A stretch of 64,000 nucleotides of DNA from Spirochaetia bacterium (lineage in GTDB: Bacteria > Spirochaetota > Spirochaetia > SZUA-6 > Bin103): positions 96,001 through 160,000 of the forward strand of contig CBDAOI010000004.1 of NCBI GenBank assembly GCA_965198005.1. Reading direction: 5' to 3'. The position numbers and the translations under genes are program-made. The notes below the pieces were generated by a model. That model had not been told where the DNA came from. It saw only the letters and a list, made by a program, of their open reading frames with translations, and ran no database searches. Positions 40,843-51,590 of this stretch are shown here, piece by piece. Position 1 is the stretch's first letter; each line of letters starts with the position of its first letter.

Positions 40843-40978
40843 CAAGGCACTGAAGGCCGGCGACAAGGCTTGGCCCCGGCCCGCACCCCGGCTGTGCGGC
40901 AACGCCCGGCAAAGGCGCGCAACGCGCCGGGCGCCTTGTGGTTCACGCTGGATAGTGCCTATAGTCACTAACCAAACC

Positions 40979-41668
40979 ATGACTGTTTCCGGGATGGACG
41001 CGGTGTTCGCGGCGGCGGCACGGCTGCAGGAGTTGGTGCCGGACGCCGTGCTGGTCGGGGGCTCGGCGGCTGCCTACCACGCCGGGCATCGCGTGTCGCT
41101 GGATGACGATCACGTCGTTGCCGACCTGCGCGCGCGGTTCAACGACATCCTCGCCGCCCTGGAGGATACCGACGGCTGGGTGACCGCGCGCGTCCAACGG
41201 CCGGTGCTCATTCTGGGACGTCTCGACGGGGTCGAAACGGGGATTCGGAATCTGATCCGCCGCGTGCCGCTCGAGGTAGAGCTGGCAGCGGTCGGTGAGC
41301 GGGAACTGCGTGTTCCCACGCTGCCGGAGATCGCGCGCATCAAGGCTTGGCTATGCCTGATGCGCAACGCCACGCGCGACTACCTCGACTTCGCCGCGCT
41401 CGCCGAGCGGCTCGGTGAGCGGGCGACGGCGGCAGTGGTCGCCGCGCTCGACCGCTACTACGCGGATCAGATTGGCGCGGGGGGACGGCGGGTCGCAACG
41501 CAGGTGGCGCGGCAGTTGGCTGAGCCGCTTCCTGACGACCTCTCGGAGGTGGACCTGGTAGCGTACCGCCGGCTGGATTGCCGCTGGCACGACTGGCAGA
41601 CGGTGGTCGATGCGTGCCGCCGGGTTGCCGTGCGCGTGTTGGACGAACTGGTGGAGGGGCCGCCATGA
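40979..41668 (+). CDS. Nucleotidyltransferase, AbiEii-like superfamily
   Basis: AVLVGGSAAAYHAGHRVSLDDDH, RIKAWL...RNATRDYLD. Confidence 0.7.
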   Translation: MTVSGMDAVFAAAARLQELVPDAVLVGGSAAAYHAGHRVSLDDDHVVADLRARFNDILAALEDTDGWVTARVQRPVLILGRLDGVETGIRNLIRRVPLEVELAAVGERELRVPTLPEIARIKAWLCLMRNATRDYLDFAALAERLGERATAAVVAALDRYYADQIGAGGRRVATQVARQLAEPLPDDLSEVDLVAYRRLDCRWHDWQTVVDACRRVAVRVLDELVEGPP

Positions 41669-41946
41669 TCCACCGCCACGTTCACGCCTCTCCCGATACG
41701 CCGCTGGAAAGCCAACCGCTTGCGGTCGTGGTCGACCTGCTGCAGCGGGGAGACCTGGACGATTGGGGCCCCATCGCACGCGCGATTCTGCGTGATCCCC
41801 GGGGTGCATTTGCCGACACCGTGCTGCGGCTGATCGACGCGTACCCGATGTACGGGACCTCTGCGCTGTGGCGCGGGTGGATCGACCGGTGTCGATATAG
41901 TCGTTACATGACGCCCACATCCTACCGGCGGCCGGCGCCGAAGTGA
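41665..41946 (+). CDS. Putative cognate antitoxin; 3' end probably replaced
   Basis: ATGA overlap; DLLQRGDLDDWGPIARAILRDP. Confidence 0.5.
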   Translation: MIHRHVHASPDTPLESQPLAVVVDLLQRGDLDDWGPIARAILRDPRGAFADTVLRLIDAYPMYGTSALWRGWIDRCRYSRYMTPTSYRRPAPK

Positions 41947-42025
41947 TTTATGCCTCGGCAACCTACTCGACGGCCATGCTGGAAATGCTCGCGCACTGGA
42001 ACGGCGCACCGCCGCCGAACCAGGT
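41931..42025 (+). pseudogene. RES-domain toxin fragment
   Basis: AGAEVIYASATYSTAMLEMLAHWNGAPPPNQ. Confidence 0.55.
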
Positions 42026-42257
42026 CTCCGCGCTTCAGCGCTCCCTCGCTGGGTACGCTGCATGACTCGGCGCCGCCGTGGGTCGCTAACCCTGCCGGTC
42101 TTTTTCCGGCGCACAGGAGGTGCAAATTGATACTCAAAGAACCGCACGCGCGCGCGGTGTGAGCCCGGGTTAACCCGGTGAGTCGCACGCCGCGCGCGTC
42201 ACACATTTGACTCTGACTGGCCGCCTGGGTTGCGGGCGCGAGAGTAGCCAGAAAGCG

Positions 42258-42938
42258 GTCGGCACCGGAGCTTGGGTGCTGACTGACTTGTCGAGGGCAG
42301 CTCTCTAACCCTTACCAGGAATCCAAACTACTGGAGCGACGACGAGAAATACCCGGGGAACCGGTTGCCATATGTTGACGAATTGAGGGTCAAGGTCATG
42401 CCGGAACCAGCAACACGTATTGCGGCACTGCGCACGGGTAAGATCGATTACGCCGGCGCCCCGCTCTCCTATCCTCCGGCGCTCAACAGTATCGACAAGG
42501 TGGAGAGCCTGCAGCGGACCAACCCCGAAGTCGTGATATGGGAACATATGGTACGGACGAACTAAGAGGTCAAGCAATACTACCGATATGACCCGGAAGC
42601 TCCCGAGAAGCTCCTTGATGAGGCTGGATACCCTCGAGGCGCCGCCGGCACTAGATTCAAGACCGTCTTGAATATCGGGCCTTTTGCAAGCTTGGACTTT
42701 GCCGAAATCGCTGCCGCCTACTGGGCTGAGATTCGTGTCGATGTTAAGATTGATCTACTTGACGCCGCCGAATTCAACACAAGGATGCACTCGCGTGATT
42801 TGGAAGGCATGGCCGGTTCCATTGCGGGCAGCCTCGACAACCCTGTCGCGAATTTTGACAATTTTCACTCGGATTCAGAGGAGAACCGCGGCGGAGTCCA
42901 GGACCCTGAGTATGACGCCATGGTTGACGCCGCCCTAT
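42258..42938 (+). pseudogene. Chimeric SBP remnant (SBP4-like piece plus SBP5-like piece)
   Basis: 42258-42562 resembles ~47655-47958; 42564-42938 resembles ~50893-51268. Confidence 0.8.
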
Positions 42939-43611
42939 AATAGGCAGATTGCCAGTAACCATTCAGCTCGGTGTCATGGCAATCGTAATCGGGCTCGTGA
43001 TAGCGCTGCCCGTCGGCATCTACTCGGCGATTCGGCAGGATACAGCCGCCGACCACGTGGGGCGCACCATCGCCATCATCGGCCTGGCAACGCCTAACTT
43101 CTGGCTGGGAACTATGGTCATGCTCTACCCGGCAATCTGGTGGGGCTGGTCGCCACCGATTGAACTGATTCCTTTCACGGAAGACCCGCTGGGCAATATT
43201 GGGATGTTCCTCATTCCCAGCCTGATTCTGGGGACGGCCTCGGCTGCAGCCACCATGCGGATGACGCGCACCATGATGCTGGAGGTGCTCAGGCAGGACT
43301 ATATCAGGACCGCCTGGGCCAAGGGTCTCAGGGAGCGGGTGGCCGTCATGCGGCACGCCATCAAGAACGCACTCATCCCGGTAGTTACCCTGGTAGGCCT
43401 GCAGTTGCCGATCCTGATAGGTGGCTCCGTTATCATGGAGAACATCTTCAACCTGCCGGGATTGGGTCGTCTCCTGCTGACTGCACTCGATACCAGAGAT
43501 TACCCGATGGTCTCCGGAGTAAACCTGGTCTTCGCCACCGCGGTGGTGCTGTTCAATCTCCTGATCGACCTGCTCTATTCCTATCTGGACCCGAGAGTGC
43601 GGTATGACTGA
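42939..43611 (+). pseudogene. OppB-like permease lacking 5' third
   Basis: Begins at IGRLPVTIQLG. Confidence 0.85.
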
Positions 43612-44252
43612 CGCGCGGGGGCCGTTTGCCGATTTCTTCGGCAGGTTGTGGCGGGAGAAGCCCCTGGGCATCGCCAGCGGGATCGTCATCTTGATCCTGA
43701 TTCTGTTGGCGGTCTTTGCCGATGTTCTGGCCCCCTATCCCTTCGATCAACTGAACCTGGCAGACAGGCTGCAGGGTCCATCGACCCGCCATCTCCTGGG
43801 GACCGACCAGTTGGGCCGCGACCTGTTGAGCCGGCTGCTGTTCGGGGCGCGCATCTCGCTGGTCGTTGGTCTGGCGGCGACCACGCTGAACGTGGTGGTC
43901 GCCACCCTCATCGGCGGCACCTCCGGCTTCCTCGGGGGCAAGCTGGACCTGGCGGTGCAGCGCTTCGTCGATGCCTGGATGGCGTTCCCGGGACTACTGC
44001 TGTTGCTCACCATCATGTCGGTTGCGGGGCAGGGTCTGCCACAGATCATCGTGGTGCTGGGGATCGCCGGCGGGGTGGGCGGCTCGCGCGTGGTCAGAGG
44101 CGCGGTGGTGGCCACCAAGGGCAACGATTTTTTCTGGCCGCCCGGGCGGTGGGCGCGCCGACGCGACAGGTCCTGGTGCGCCATGTCCTGCCCAATATCG
44201 TGGCGCCGCTGATCATCGTCTTCAGCATCAACGTCGGCGGTGTCATCCTGGC
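43604..44252 (+). pseudogene. OppC-like permease, frameshifted in a T-run (~44130) and truncated
   Basis: One T fewer than paralogs; ends at GGVILA. Confidence 0.85.
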
Positions 44253-44284
44253 CAGGATGCCTCGTCAGCAAGCCGCGCCTGGCG

Positions 44285-45910
44285 CTACATCCCCCAGACC
44301 GTGACCGGCACGCCAGCTCCCGCCGGGGTGCGGCGGAAGATCTTTTCCGCCCAGGTTCGGTCCGGCGCGCGGTCGAACACGATCAGGTGGCCCGCCTCCG
44401 CCCCGCAACGGTCGACGTAGCCGCGGGTCTGCTCCACCCCCTCGGCGATGGTCCGCTCCAACCCCTTGCGCAGCACCTTGCACTCCACCACGAAACGGCG
44501 CTCGCGCCCGCCCTGCGACCACACGATCAGCAGGTCGGTGCGCCCGCGCCCCAGCGCGTACTCCCGCTCGATCCGCCCGCCGCCGTTGACGATGCGCTGC
44601 AGGTGCGCCTGCAGCAGCAACTGCGGGCCGGCCTCGTGGTACCGCTCGAAGCGCTGTACCCAGTGCTCGGAGTGCTCGCGGAAGAACTCCTGGAACGCCG
44701 CGAGCAGCCCCTCAACGTCCAGCCCGCCGTCCGCACCCACGTACCACGCCATCTGCTGCGGCAGCGTCTCCTGCACCGCGTAGTTCAGATGGCGCGGCAC
44801 CACCTCGGCGTAGATCGGGTTGGCGATGCGCGGCGGGCCGCCGTCCGCCTGTGCCACCAGCCCCAGGTCGCGGACATAGGACAGGTCCTCGTCCGAGCAC
44901 GCGGTCTCCGCCGCACCGGTCAGAATCGGCTCCACCACGCGCCGCACGCGCTCCTCCTGCAGCTTGTGCGCCAGATCGTCGATATGCGTGTCGCGGCGCA
45001 GGATCAGCCGCTCCTGCGCCGCCAGGATGGCGTCCGCCGTGATCGGGCGCGCGCGCTCACGCCCCGGCTGGTGGCGGAAGCAGGCGTCGTAGCACAGCGC
45101 GTTCACCAGCCACGGCTGGCCGGCGGTGCGGGTCAGGATCAACGTCTGCGCCTCCGCCGTGAACGCCTGCCCGGTCGCCGTCGTGTGCTGCCCCAGCAGT
45201 GCCCGTATCTCGTCCTCCGAGAAGTCGCCCAGGCGCAGCGAGTCGGCCTTGATGTTGAAGGCGCTGCCGCCGAGCACCAGCCGGTTCTCGGCGGTCGAGT
45301 GGATGCGGTAGTCGCGCACGTCACGCACCCCGCACAGGATGATGCTGTGCGGGAACCGTGCCGGGCGGTCGACGTAGCCGGTGCGCAACTGCCGCAGCAC
45401 GGCCAGCAGGGTGTCGCCCACCAGCGCGTCGATCTCATCGATCAGCAGCACCAACGGCCGCGGATCGGCCATGCTCCAGCGCGCCAGTGCCTGGCGCAAT
45501 GCCTTGCCGGGCCCCACGCGCTCCAGCACCCCCGGCCAGAGGTCCTCCAGGGTGTCATCGCCCAGCGTCAGGCTCGCCTGGAACGCCAGTTCGGCCAGCA
45601 CCGTGCGCATGCCCTCGGCCACGTTCTCGCGCATCGCCTGGCCATCCTCGACGTTGGCGTACACGCAACGGAAGTCGCCCTGCGCGCCGCCGTTCAGCAG
45701 ATCGCGCAGGGCCAGCAGCGCCGAGGTCTTGCCGGTCTGTCGCGGCGCGTGCAGCACGAAGTACTTCTTGTCTCGGATCAAGCCGAGCACCGCGTCGAGA
45801 TCGACCCGTTCCAGTGGTGGGATGTGGTAGTGGTCCGCGGCCACAACGGGCCCCTCCGTGTTGAACTTGCGCACGATCACCATGGTCGCAGAGTACGGCG
45901 CGGTTGTCAT
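44285..45910 (-). CDS. AAA ATPase with C-terminal PD-(D/E)XK nuclease-like domain (copy 1)
   Basis: FNTEGP, HAPRQTGKTS, LLIDEID, GGRIEREYALGRGRTDLLI...VVECK; start may be 45883. Confidence 0.88.
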   Translation of the reverse strand: MTTAPYSATMVIVRKFNTEGPVVAADHYHIPPLERVDLDAVLGLIRDKKYFVLHAPRQTGKTSALLALRDLLNGGAQGDFRCVYANVEDGQAMRENVAEGMRTVLAELAFQASLTLGDDTLEDLWPGVLERVGPGKALRQALARWSMADPRPLVLLIDEIDALVGDTLLAVLRQLRTGYVDRPARFPHSIILCGVRDVRDYRIHSTAENRLVLGGSAFNIKADSLRLGDFSEDEIRALLGQHTTATGQAFTAEAQTLILTRTAGQPWLVNALCYDACFRHQPGRERARPITADAILAAQERLILRRDTHIDDLAHKLQEERVRRVVEPILTGAAETACSDEDLSYVRDLGLVAQADGGPPRIANPIYAEVVPRHLNYAVQETLPQQMAWYVGADGGLDVEGLLAAFQEFFREHSEHWVQRFERYHEAGPQLLLQAHLQRIVNGGGRIEREYALGRGRTDLLIVWSQGGRERRFVVECKVLRKGLERTIAEGVEQTRGYVDRCGAEAGHLIVFDRAPDRTWAEKIFRRTPAGAGVPVTVWGM

Positions 45911-46120
45911 CCTCGCGACCGGCGCCGACGGTGAAGCGAATCAGGTCGCAGCGGACTTCATGCCTGGTGGCGGCCGCGCGGTGCGCTTGAGGCGGGAGCA
46001 CGCAGGTCAGCGAGCGACAACGCCGGCGTCGCCGAACCGAGCACCGGCAGGCCGAGCGGCCGAGCGGCCCGAGCAGTTGACAGGGTTGCCGCGCGCATGC
46101 GAGAGTGCAGCGCTCGGGGA

Positions 46121-46148
46121 TTGACCGATGGGGATGAGGCGCCATAAT
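46121..46148 (+). promoter_or_regulatory. Putative sigma70 promoter of SBP4 cassette
   Basis: TTGACC-N16-CATAAT. Confidence 0.5.
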
Positions 46149-46357
46149 GACAGTCAGCGCAAGTGGCCGGTTGGCGGTGACGCCGCACCCGACCATTCCT
46201 TCAACAATTTCGCCCTCCGGGCCCTTTTTGGTTTGATCTCCGCGGGAAACGCGGTTATAGTGGGGAGGTGCAGTCAACCGGCGCCACACATATGCATCGT
46301 TGCGTCTCAACTTCGGAGGGTTCGGGTGACCTATAACAAGTTAACGCTTATGGCCTA

Positions 46358-46645
46358 CCCCCCCCCCGGCCTCGCGCGCGACTTTTCGAACCGAGAAAAA
46401 CAACTAACCGCTCCGGCTGATCGCCCCGTACGCGAAAGCGCGCACGCCGTCGCCTTCACCACCGTCGTCGCTATCCGTGGCGCCGGCTCGGTCCATCGCC
46501 GAACCGGCATGCAGACCGCCCGCGCCCTTGCCGCCGACTCAGGCCGTCCCGGATCCCAGGATCCCAGGATCCCCGCCTGCTACTGGCTGCCGGCCAAACC
46601 CACCCCCGGCGTTGCCGGTCAATCACATTCGTTGCTCGGCCGACT
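46358..46645 (+). other. C10 tract plus diverged copy of the conserved leader block
   Basis: Aligns with ~15410-15660 with scattered substitutions and a GGATCCCA repeat expansion. Confidence 0.75.
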
Positions 46646-46811
46646 CCATCAGTCCACACCAACCGGCTTTGCCGGCAGCAAGCAGCAGATGGGTCACGTG
46701 CACCACCGCCACCGGGCGTGTCGGCGCGCATGCATGCCTTTCGGTGCGGCGCGCGTCAAAGGAGGCCCGGGATAGAGGACTAACGCAAAGACCGAGCGGC
46801 TGCGGCCGCTA

Positions 46812-46888
46812 AGGGTGTCGCCCTCGCTCGACGAGAGTGCGCTCGCTCGCGAGCGTTGCGAGGGGCCGGCAGTGGAATCAGTGCTCTC
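46812..46888 (+). promoter_or_regulatory. Structured leader type B before SBP4
   Basis: AGGG/CCCT, GAGAGTGC...GTGCTCTC; homologous to 58067-58151. Confidence 0.55.
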
Positions 46889-46916
46889 AAACGATTATTT
46901 TTGGAGGTCTATCTCT

Positions 46917-48755
46917 ATGAGACAGACAATTTTCTTTAAGACGGGGCTCGCAGTACTGTGTGGCCTCATCCTGACCGCAACCGGCCTGTGGGCCGCCGCT
47001 GCCAGCGAAGAGGAGCCGGCAGCGGCGATGGAGAAGGAAATGGTGCGCGACCCAGCCACCGGCATGATGGTGACCGCACCGGAGTATGGCGGGACATTGA
47101 CCATTGCCAAGTGCTGTGTCTTTCCTCCGACTGCTGACCCGTATTTTTCCACGTCGTGGGCCCTCCACAGCCTGCTCCACGGTGTTCTAGAGTCGCTAAG
47201 CATTGGCAACTGGGCAATAGATAGGGACGAATTTGACTGGTCAAGTTATGCCGATCCTCTATTTGGCAAAAGAGGGGCGCTGGCGGAAAGCTGGGATATT
47301 TCCGAGGACGGCCTCACCTACACCATCCACATCCGCCAGGGCGTTCACTTCCACGATAAGCCACCGGTGAACGGCCGGGAGATGACTGCCAATGATGTAG
47401 AATATACCTTTCACCGCAATCTTGCTATGGGCGAATTCTCCGAAGCCGAACCTACCCCCGGCGTCCTCAGTTGGGATGGGTGGGATACGATGCCGATTGA
47501 ATCGATAACAGCAACCGACAAATGGACGGTTGTTTTTAAGCTGACGCGGCCAGACCCCCGTGCGCTGCGGGGTATCATCTCCCCCGTAGTTCACTATATT
47601 ATTTCCCCGGAGGTAATCGAGGAATACGGAGACATGAAGGATTGGAGGAACGTGGTCGGCACCGGACCCTGGATGCTGACTGACCTTGTCGAGGGCAGCT
47701 CTCTAACCCTTACCAAGAATCCCAACTACTGGGGTTATGACGAAAAATACCCGGGGAACCGCTTGCCCTATGTTGACGAGCTTAGCGTCAAGGTTATGCC
47801 AGAACCAGCAACACGAATTGCGGCACTGCGCTCGGGTAAGATCGATTACGTCGGCGCCGTGCTCAACCATCCTCCGACGCTCAACAGTATCGACAAGGTG
47901 GAGAGCTTGAAGCGGACCAACCCCGAAATCGTGATATTCGAGCATATTGTACGGACGTCTAGTTTTGGCATGAACACGCAGAGGGCGCCCTTTGATGACA
48001 TCCGGGTACGCAAGGCCATGCAGATGGCACTGGACCTTGAGACACTTCACTATACCTACTTCAAAGGGTGGGGAACGTGGGGACCTCAGGGACTGATTGC
48101 CAACGATGTCCCAGTGGCTGGCACCCCATTTGAAGAGTGGCCCGAAGAGGTCAAGAAAGGCTATATGTATGACCCGGCAGGGGCCGAGAAGCTCCTTGAT
48201 GAGGCGGGGTATCCGCGCGGGGCCGACGGCATCAGGTTCAAGGCCTCATTGGTCTGGTTTGACCAGCAAGATCTGAGCCATATAGAATTACTAGCCGCTA
48301 CATACTATCGTGACATTGGCGTTGATATAGAGATTGAGCCAGTGCCAGGTCCGGAGTTGACGCCTAGAAAGAAAGCTAGAGATTGGGACATGATGCATGG
48401 CATAATGGCCGACACGGGGACGTGGCCGCCTTGGAACGCCATGGCTCAGTACAAGACTAGTGCTATTGGTAACTGGGCCAACGTGAACGATCCGGCTTAT
48501 GACGCCATGTTGGCAGCCGCCGAAAAGGTAAGCACGGAAGAAGAGCAACTGCTTTTGGTGAAAGAGCTGAATATGTACGCAACAGAGAGGCACTGGACCG
48601 TATTTGCTGGTACTGTAATACCGTGGACGAGCGTGATCCAGCCGTGGGTCAAAGGTTATAACGGAGAATTGAAACTGGCAAGTCGCGAATTTGAATATAC
48701 CATCGCCGCGCGCCTCTGGATCGACCAGGAGCTGAAGGAGTCGATGGGATTCTGA
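46917..48755 (+). CDS. Family 5 SBP4 (intact)
   Basis: ATG 46917 after GGAGG; LAESWDISEDGLTYT, VGTGPW, PFDDIRVRKAMQMA. Confidence 0.92.
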   Translation: MRQTIFFKTGLAVLCGLILTATGLWAAAASEEEPAAAMEKEMVRDPATGMMVTAPEYGGTLTIAKCCVFPPTADPYFSTSWALHSLLHGVLESLSIGNWAIDRDEFDWSSYADPLFGKRGALAESWDISEDGLTYTIHIRQGVHFHDKPPVNGREMTANDVEYTFHRNLAMGEFSEAEPTPGVLSWDGWDTMPIESITATDKWTVVFKLTRPDPRALRGIISPVVHYIISPEVIEEYGDMKDWRNVVGTGPWMLTDLVEGSSLTLTKNPNYWGYDEKYPGNRLPYVDELSVKVMPEPATRIAALRSGKIDYVGAVLNHPPTLNSIDKVESLKRTNPEIVIFEHIVRTSSFGMNTQRAPFDDIRVRKAMQMALDLETLHYTYFKGWGTWGPQGLIANDVPVAGTPFEEWPEEVKKGYMYDPAGAEKLLDEAGYPRGADGIRFKASLVWFDQQDLSHIELLAATYYRDIGVDIEIEPVPGPELTPRKKARDWDMMHGIMADTGTWPPWNAMAQYKTSAIGNWANVNDPAYDAMLAAAEKVSTEEEQLLLVKELNMYATERHWTVFAGTVIPWTSVIQPWVKGYNGELKLASREFEYTIAARLWIDQELKESMGF

Positions 48756-49044
48756 GGAAACCGCCTCCGGCGGTTTCCATTGCAGCTGGGCTGTGCCCAG
48801 CTGCGCCGCAACGCCTGCGGCGTTGTTACGGCAGCAGCGCTACGCGCGGTCTCTGAGCCAGCGGCTTCACCGTTGGCTTCGCGAGTTCGCCGTAGGCGAC
48901 TTGCAGCCGGGTGCGCGCCTAGCGGCGCGAGCCGCGAGCGTTTTCGCGGTCGTTCTGGCTGCATAGAAGGGCGCCGGGAGAACGGTTCCGGGCCGCTTCC
49001 GAGCGCCGCTTCCCGGCGCCCATTTACCACGATATGGTGCGGCC

Positions 49045-50009
49045 ATCGAGATTGACCGTGAAGCTATTGTGCGTTACCTGGGGCTAGACGCGCCTGTGCA
49101 CGTGCAGTATGGACGCTGGATGGGAGTGTTGCCGACCCCTGACCCGGTTACCGGTGAGTCCCACTTTAGAGGGGTTCTGCAAGGGACGCTTGGCGAATCA
49201 TGGATGTTTGGCGGTTTCTCGATAGAGGAGAGGATACTCGGTAGATTGCCGCTCACCATCGAGCTCGGTGTCATCGCAATCGTAATCGGGCTGCTGATAG
49301 CGCTGCCGGTCGGCATCTACTCGGCGATTCGCCAGGATACGGCTGCCGACTACGCGGGGCGCACCATCGCCATCATTGGCCTGGCCACGCCCAACTTCTG
49401 GCTGGCACTTATGGTCATGATCTACCCGGCAATCTGGTGGGGCTGGGCGCCGCCGATGGACTGGGTTCCTTTCACCGAGGATCCGCTGGGGAATCTCGGG
49501 GTGCTCATCATTCCCAGCCTGATTCTGGGGACGGCCATGGCTGCCGGCACGATGCGGTTGACGCGCACCATGATGCTGGGGGTGCTCAGGCAAGACTACA
49601 TCAGGACGGCCTGGTCATAGTGGGGCGGGGTGTGCCACAGATAATACTGGTCCTGGGGATCGCAGGAGGCATCGGCGGCTCGAGAGTGTTGAGAGGCGCC
49701 GTGATCGACATCAAGGAGAATGTGTATTTCGAGGCCGCAGACGCGATTGGCAGCTCAAAATGGAGAGCGTTGGGCTTCCTCGGATACGGCCTGCCGTTCA
49801 CGATTCCTGAGTGGGGAGGTCTGCTCAGCCGGGAAGGGCGTGAGTTCATGGAGATAGCGCCACGGCTGGCTCTCTGGCCCGGTCTTGCCCTGACTATCAC
49901 CGTTTACTGTCTCAACATGTTCGGCGATGCGCTGCGCGACCTGCTCGACCCGAGGCTGAGGGGCGCTGGTGGTGGTCTCGGCGCCGGAGCCGCCGGGTCG
50001 GTTCAATAG
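49045..50009 (+). pseudogene. Deleted permease B and permease C remnants
   Basis: EIDRE...QDYIRTAWS joined to VGRGVPQII...KWRA/LGFLG...LRDLLDPR. Confidence 0.82.
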
Positions 50010-50288
50010 AGCCAGTGGTACGATCGCTCTTAGCGACGGCGTAAGTATATTACTACAGATCACGTAGCGCACCTATAACCGGCGGGGCTCTCTGGTCGCA
50101 GCGGAAGGAGGTCCACGAGCGGTCGCCCTTGGCCGTCCGGCACGTTAGGACATGATGGTCAACAAGTCGCCACCCTCAGAGGGGCCGAGGTACGGGGAGG
50201 CGGTCGCGCCCACCCCTACCGCTGAGAAAGTGATTGATCGTGACAGTCTTACTGAGTACTATTTGTTGCTAGCAAGTTGGAGGTCAGC

Positions 50289-50537
50289 ATGGCGAGAAAC
50301 ACCAGCGTGACACTGGGGGACCACTTCACCAACTTCGTGGACCAGCAGCTCCAGCAAGGCCGGTTCAACAACGTGAGCGAAGTCGTACGTGCGGGTCTGC
50401 GCCTGCTGGAGGACGAAGAGACGAAACGGCGTGCGTTGCGGGCGGCACTGCTGGCAGGCGAGGCCAGCGGACCAGCAATTCCGTTCGACTGGGATGAGTT
50501 CATCGCACGCAAGCGGGCTGAGCAACACACCAGTTGA
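50289..50537 (+). CDS. parD: ParD-family (RHH) antitoxin
   Basis: MARNTSVTLGDHFTNFVDQQLQQGRFNNVSEVVRAGLRLLE...GEASG; GGAGG RBS. Confidence 0.88.
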   Translation: MARNTSVTLGDHFTNFVDQQLQQGRFNNVSEVVRAGLRLLEDEETKRRALRAALLAGEASGPAIPFDWDEFIARKRAEQHTS

Positions 50538-51492
50538 GAGTCCTCTACCGACCGGCCGCGCTCGACGACCTGGAACAGATCTCAATTTTCGCAGCACTAC
50601 GCTCAGGCAAGCTTGATATGCGATGGCGGGCTCTGTCCCTGGACTCGGTAGAGAGCCTGCGGCAGACCAACCCCGAAATCGTGGCGCACCCGATTTGGTT
50701 TCGGTCGAGTGATTCTTTTGCTCCTGACGTGCGCGTGCCGCCCTTTAACGACATCAACGTGCGTCGCGCAATGCAGCTGGCACTGGACAACGAGACTGCG
50801 GCGGCTTCGTACTGGAAGGGCCAGGCAAATGCGACACCTCAGGGGCTGGTAGGGGTGAAAGGGTATTACATCCCCTTCGAGCAGTGGGACGACGAGGTCA
50901 AGCAATACTACCGATATGACCCGGAAGCTGCCGAGAAGCTCCTTGATGAGGCCGGATACCCTCGAGGCGCCGACGGCACTAGATTCCAGACCGTCTTGAA
51001 TACAGCGGCTTTTGCAAGCTTAGACTTTGCCGAAATCGCTGCCGCCTACTGGGCTGAGATTGGTGTGGATGTTAAGATTGACGTACTTACCGCCCCCGAA
51101 TTTGTCAGAGGATGCGCCCCCCCAGTGATTTGGAAGGCATGTCCGGTGCCACTGCGGGTAGCACCGACAACCCTGTCACGGTGTTTGACGATTTTCACTC
51201 GGATTCAGAGGTAAACCGCGGCGGAGTCCAGGACCCTGAGTACGACGCCATGGTTGACGCCGCCCTAGGCGCTACCAGCATTGAGGAGCAGAAGAGGCTG
51301 ATTGCAGAAGTAGATATGTACGCGATCGAGAAGCACTGGCATATATTTGGTCCCAAAAGTCCAGTGTACATATTGGCCCAGCCGTGGGTCAAAGGCTATA
51401 ACGGTGAACTTAGCGTGAACAAATGGGAAGACTGGCTCATTTTTGCCAACCTCTGGATTGATAGTGAGATGAAGGAAGCAATGGGTTATTAG
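50534..51492 (+). pseudogene. ParE toxin 5' stub fused in frame to the 3' half of an SBP (SBP5), frameshift near 51110
   Basis: MRVLYRPAALDDLEQISIF then AALRSGKLD...; C-terminus ANLWIDSEMKEAMGY in another frame. Confidence 0.8.
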
Positions 51493-51590
51493 GGGCTGAG
51501 CTCAGGGAAAAAGGGAGCTGGGGGGTTCAGGCTTCCCAGCTTCCACACTTACGGCAGCGTTATGTCCGCAAGCGCAATAAGGTGCGCCAC

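Noticed and set aside
44240-45934. 564-aa plus-strand ORF (also 62121-63776, 10003-11637, 1355-2317)
   Set aside because: Antisense shadows of well-supported minus-strand genes
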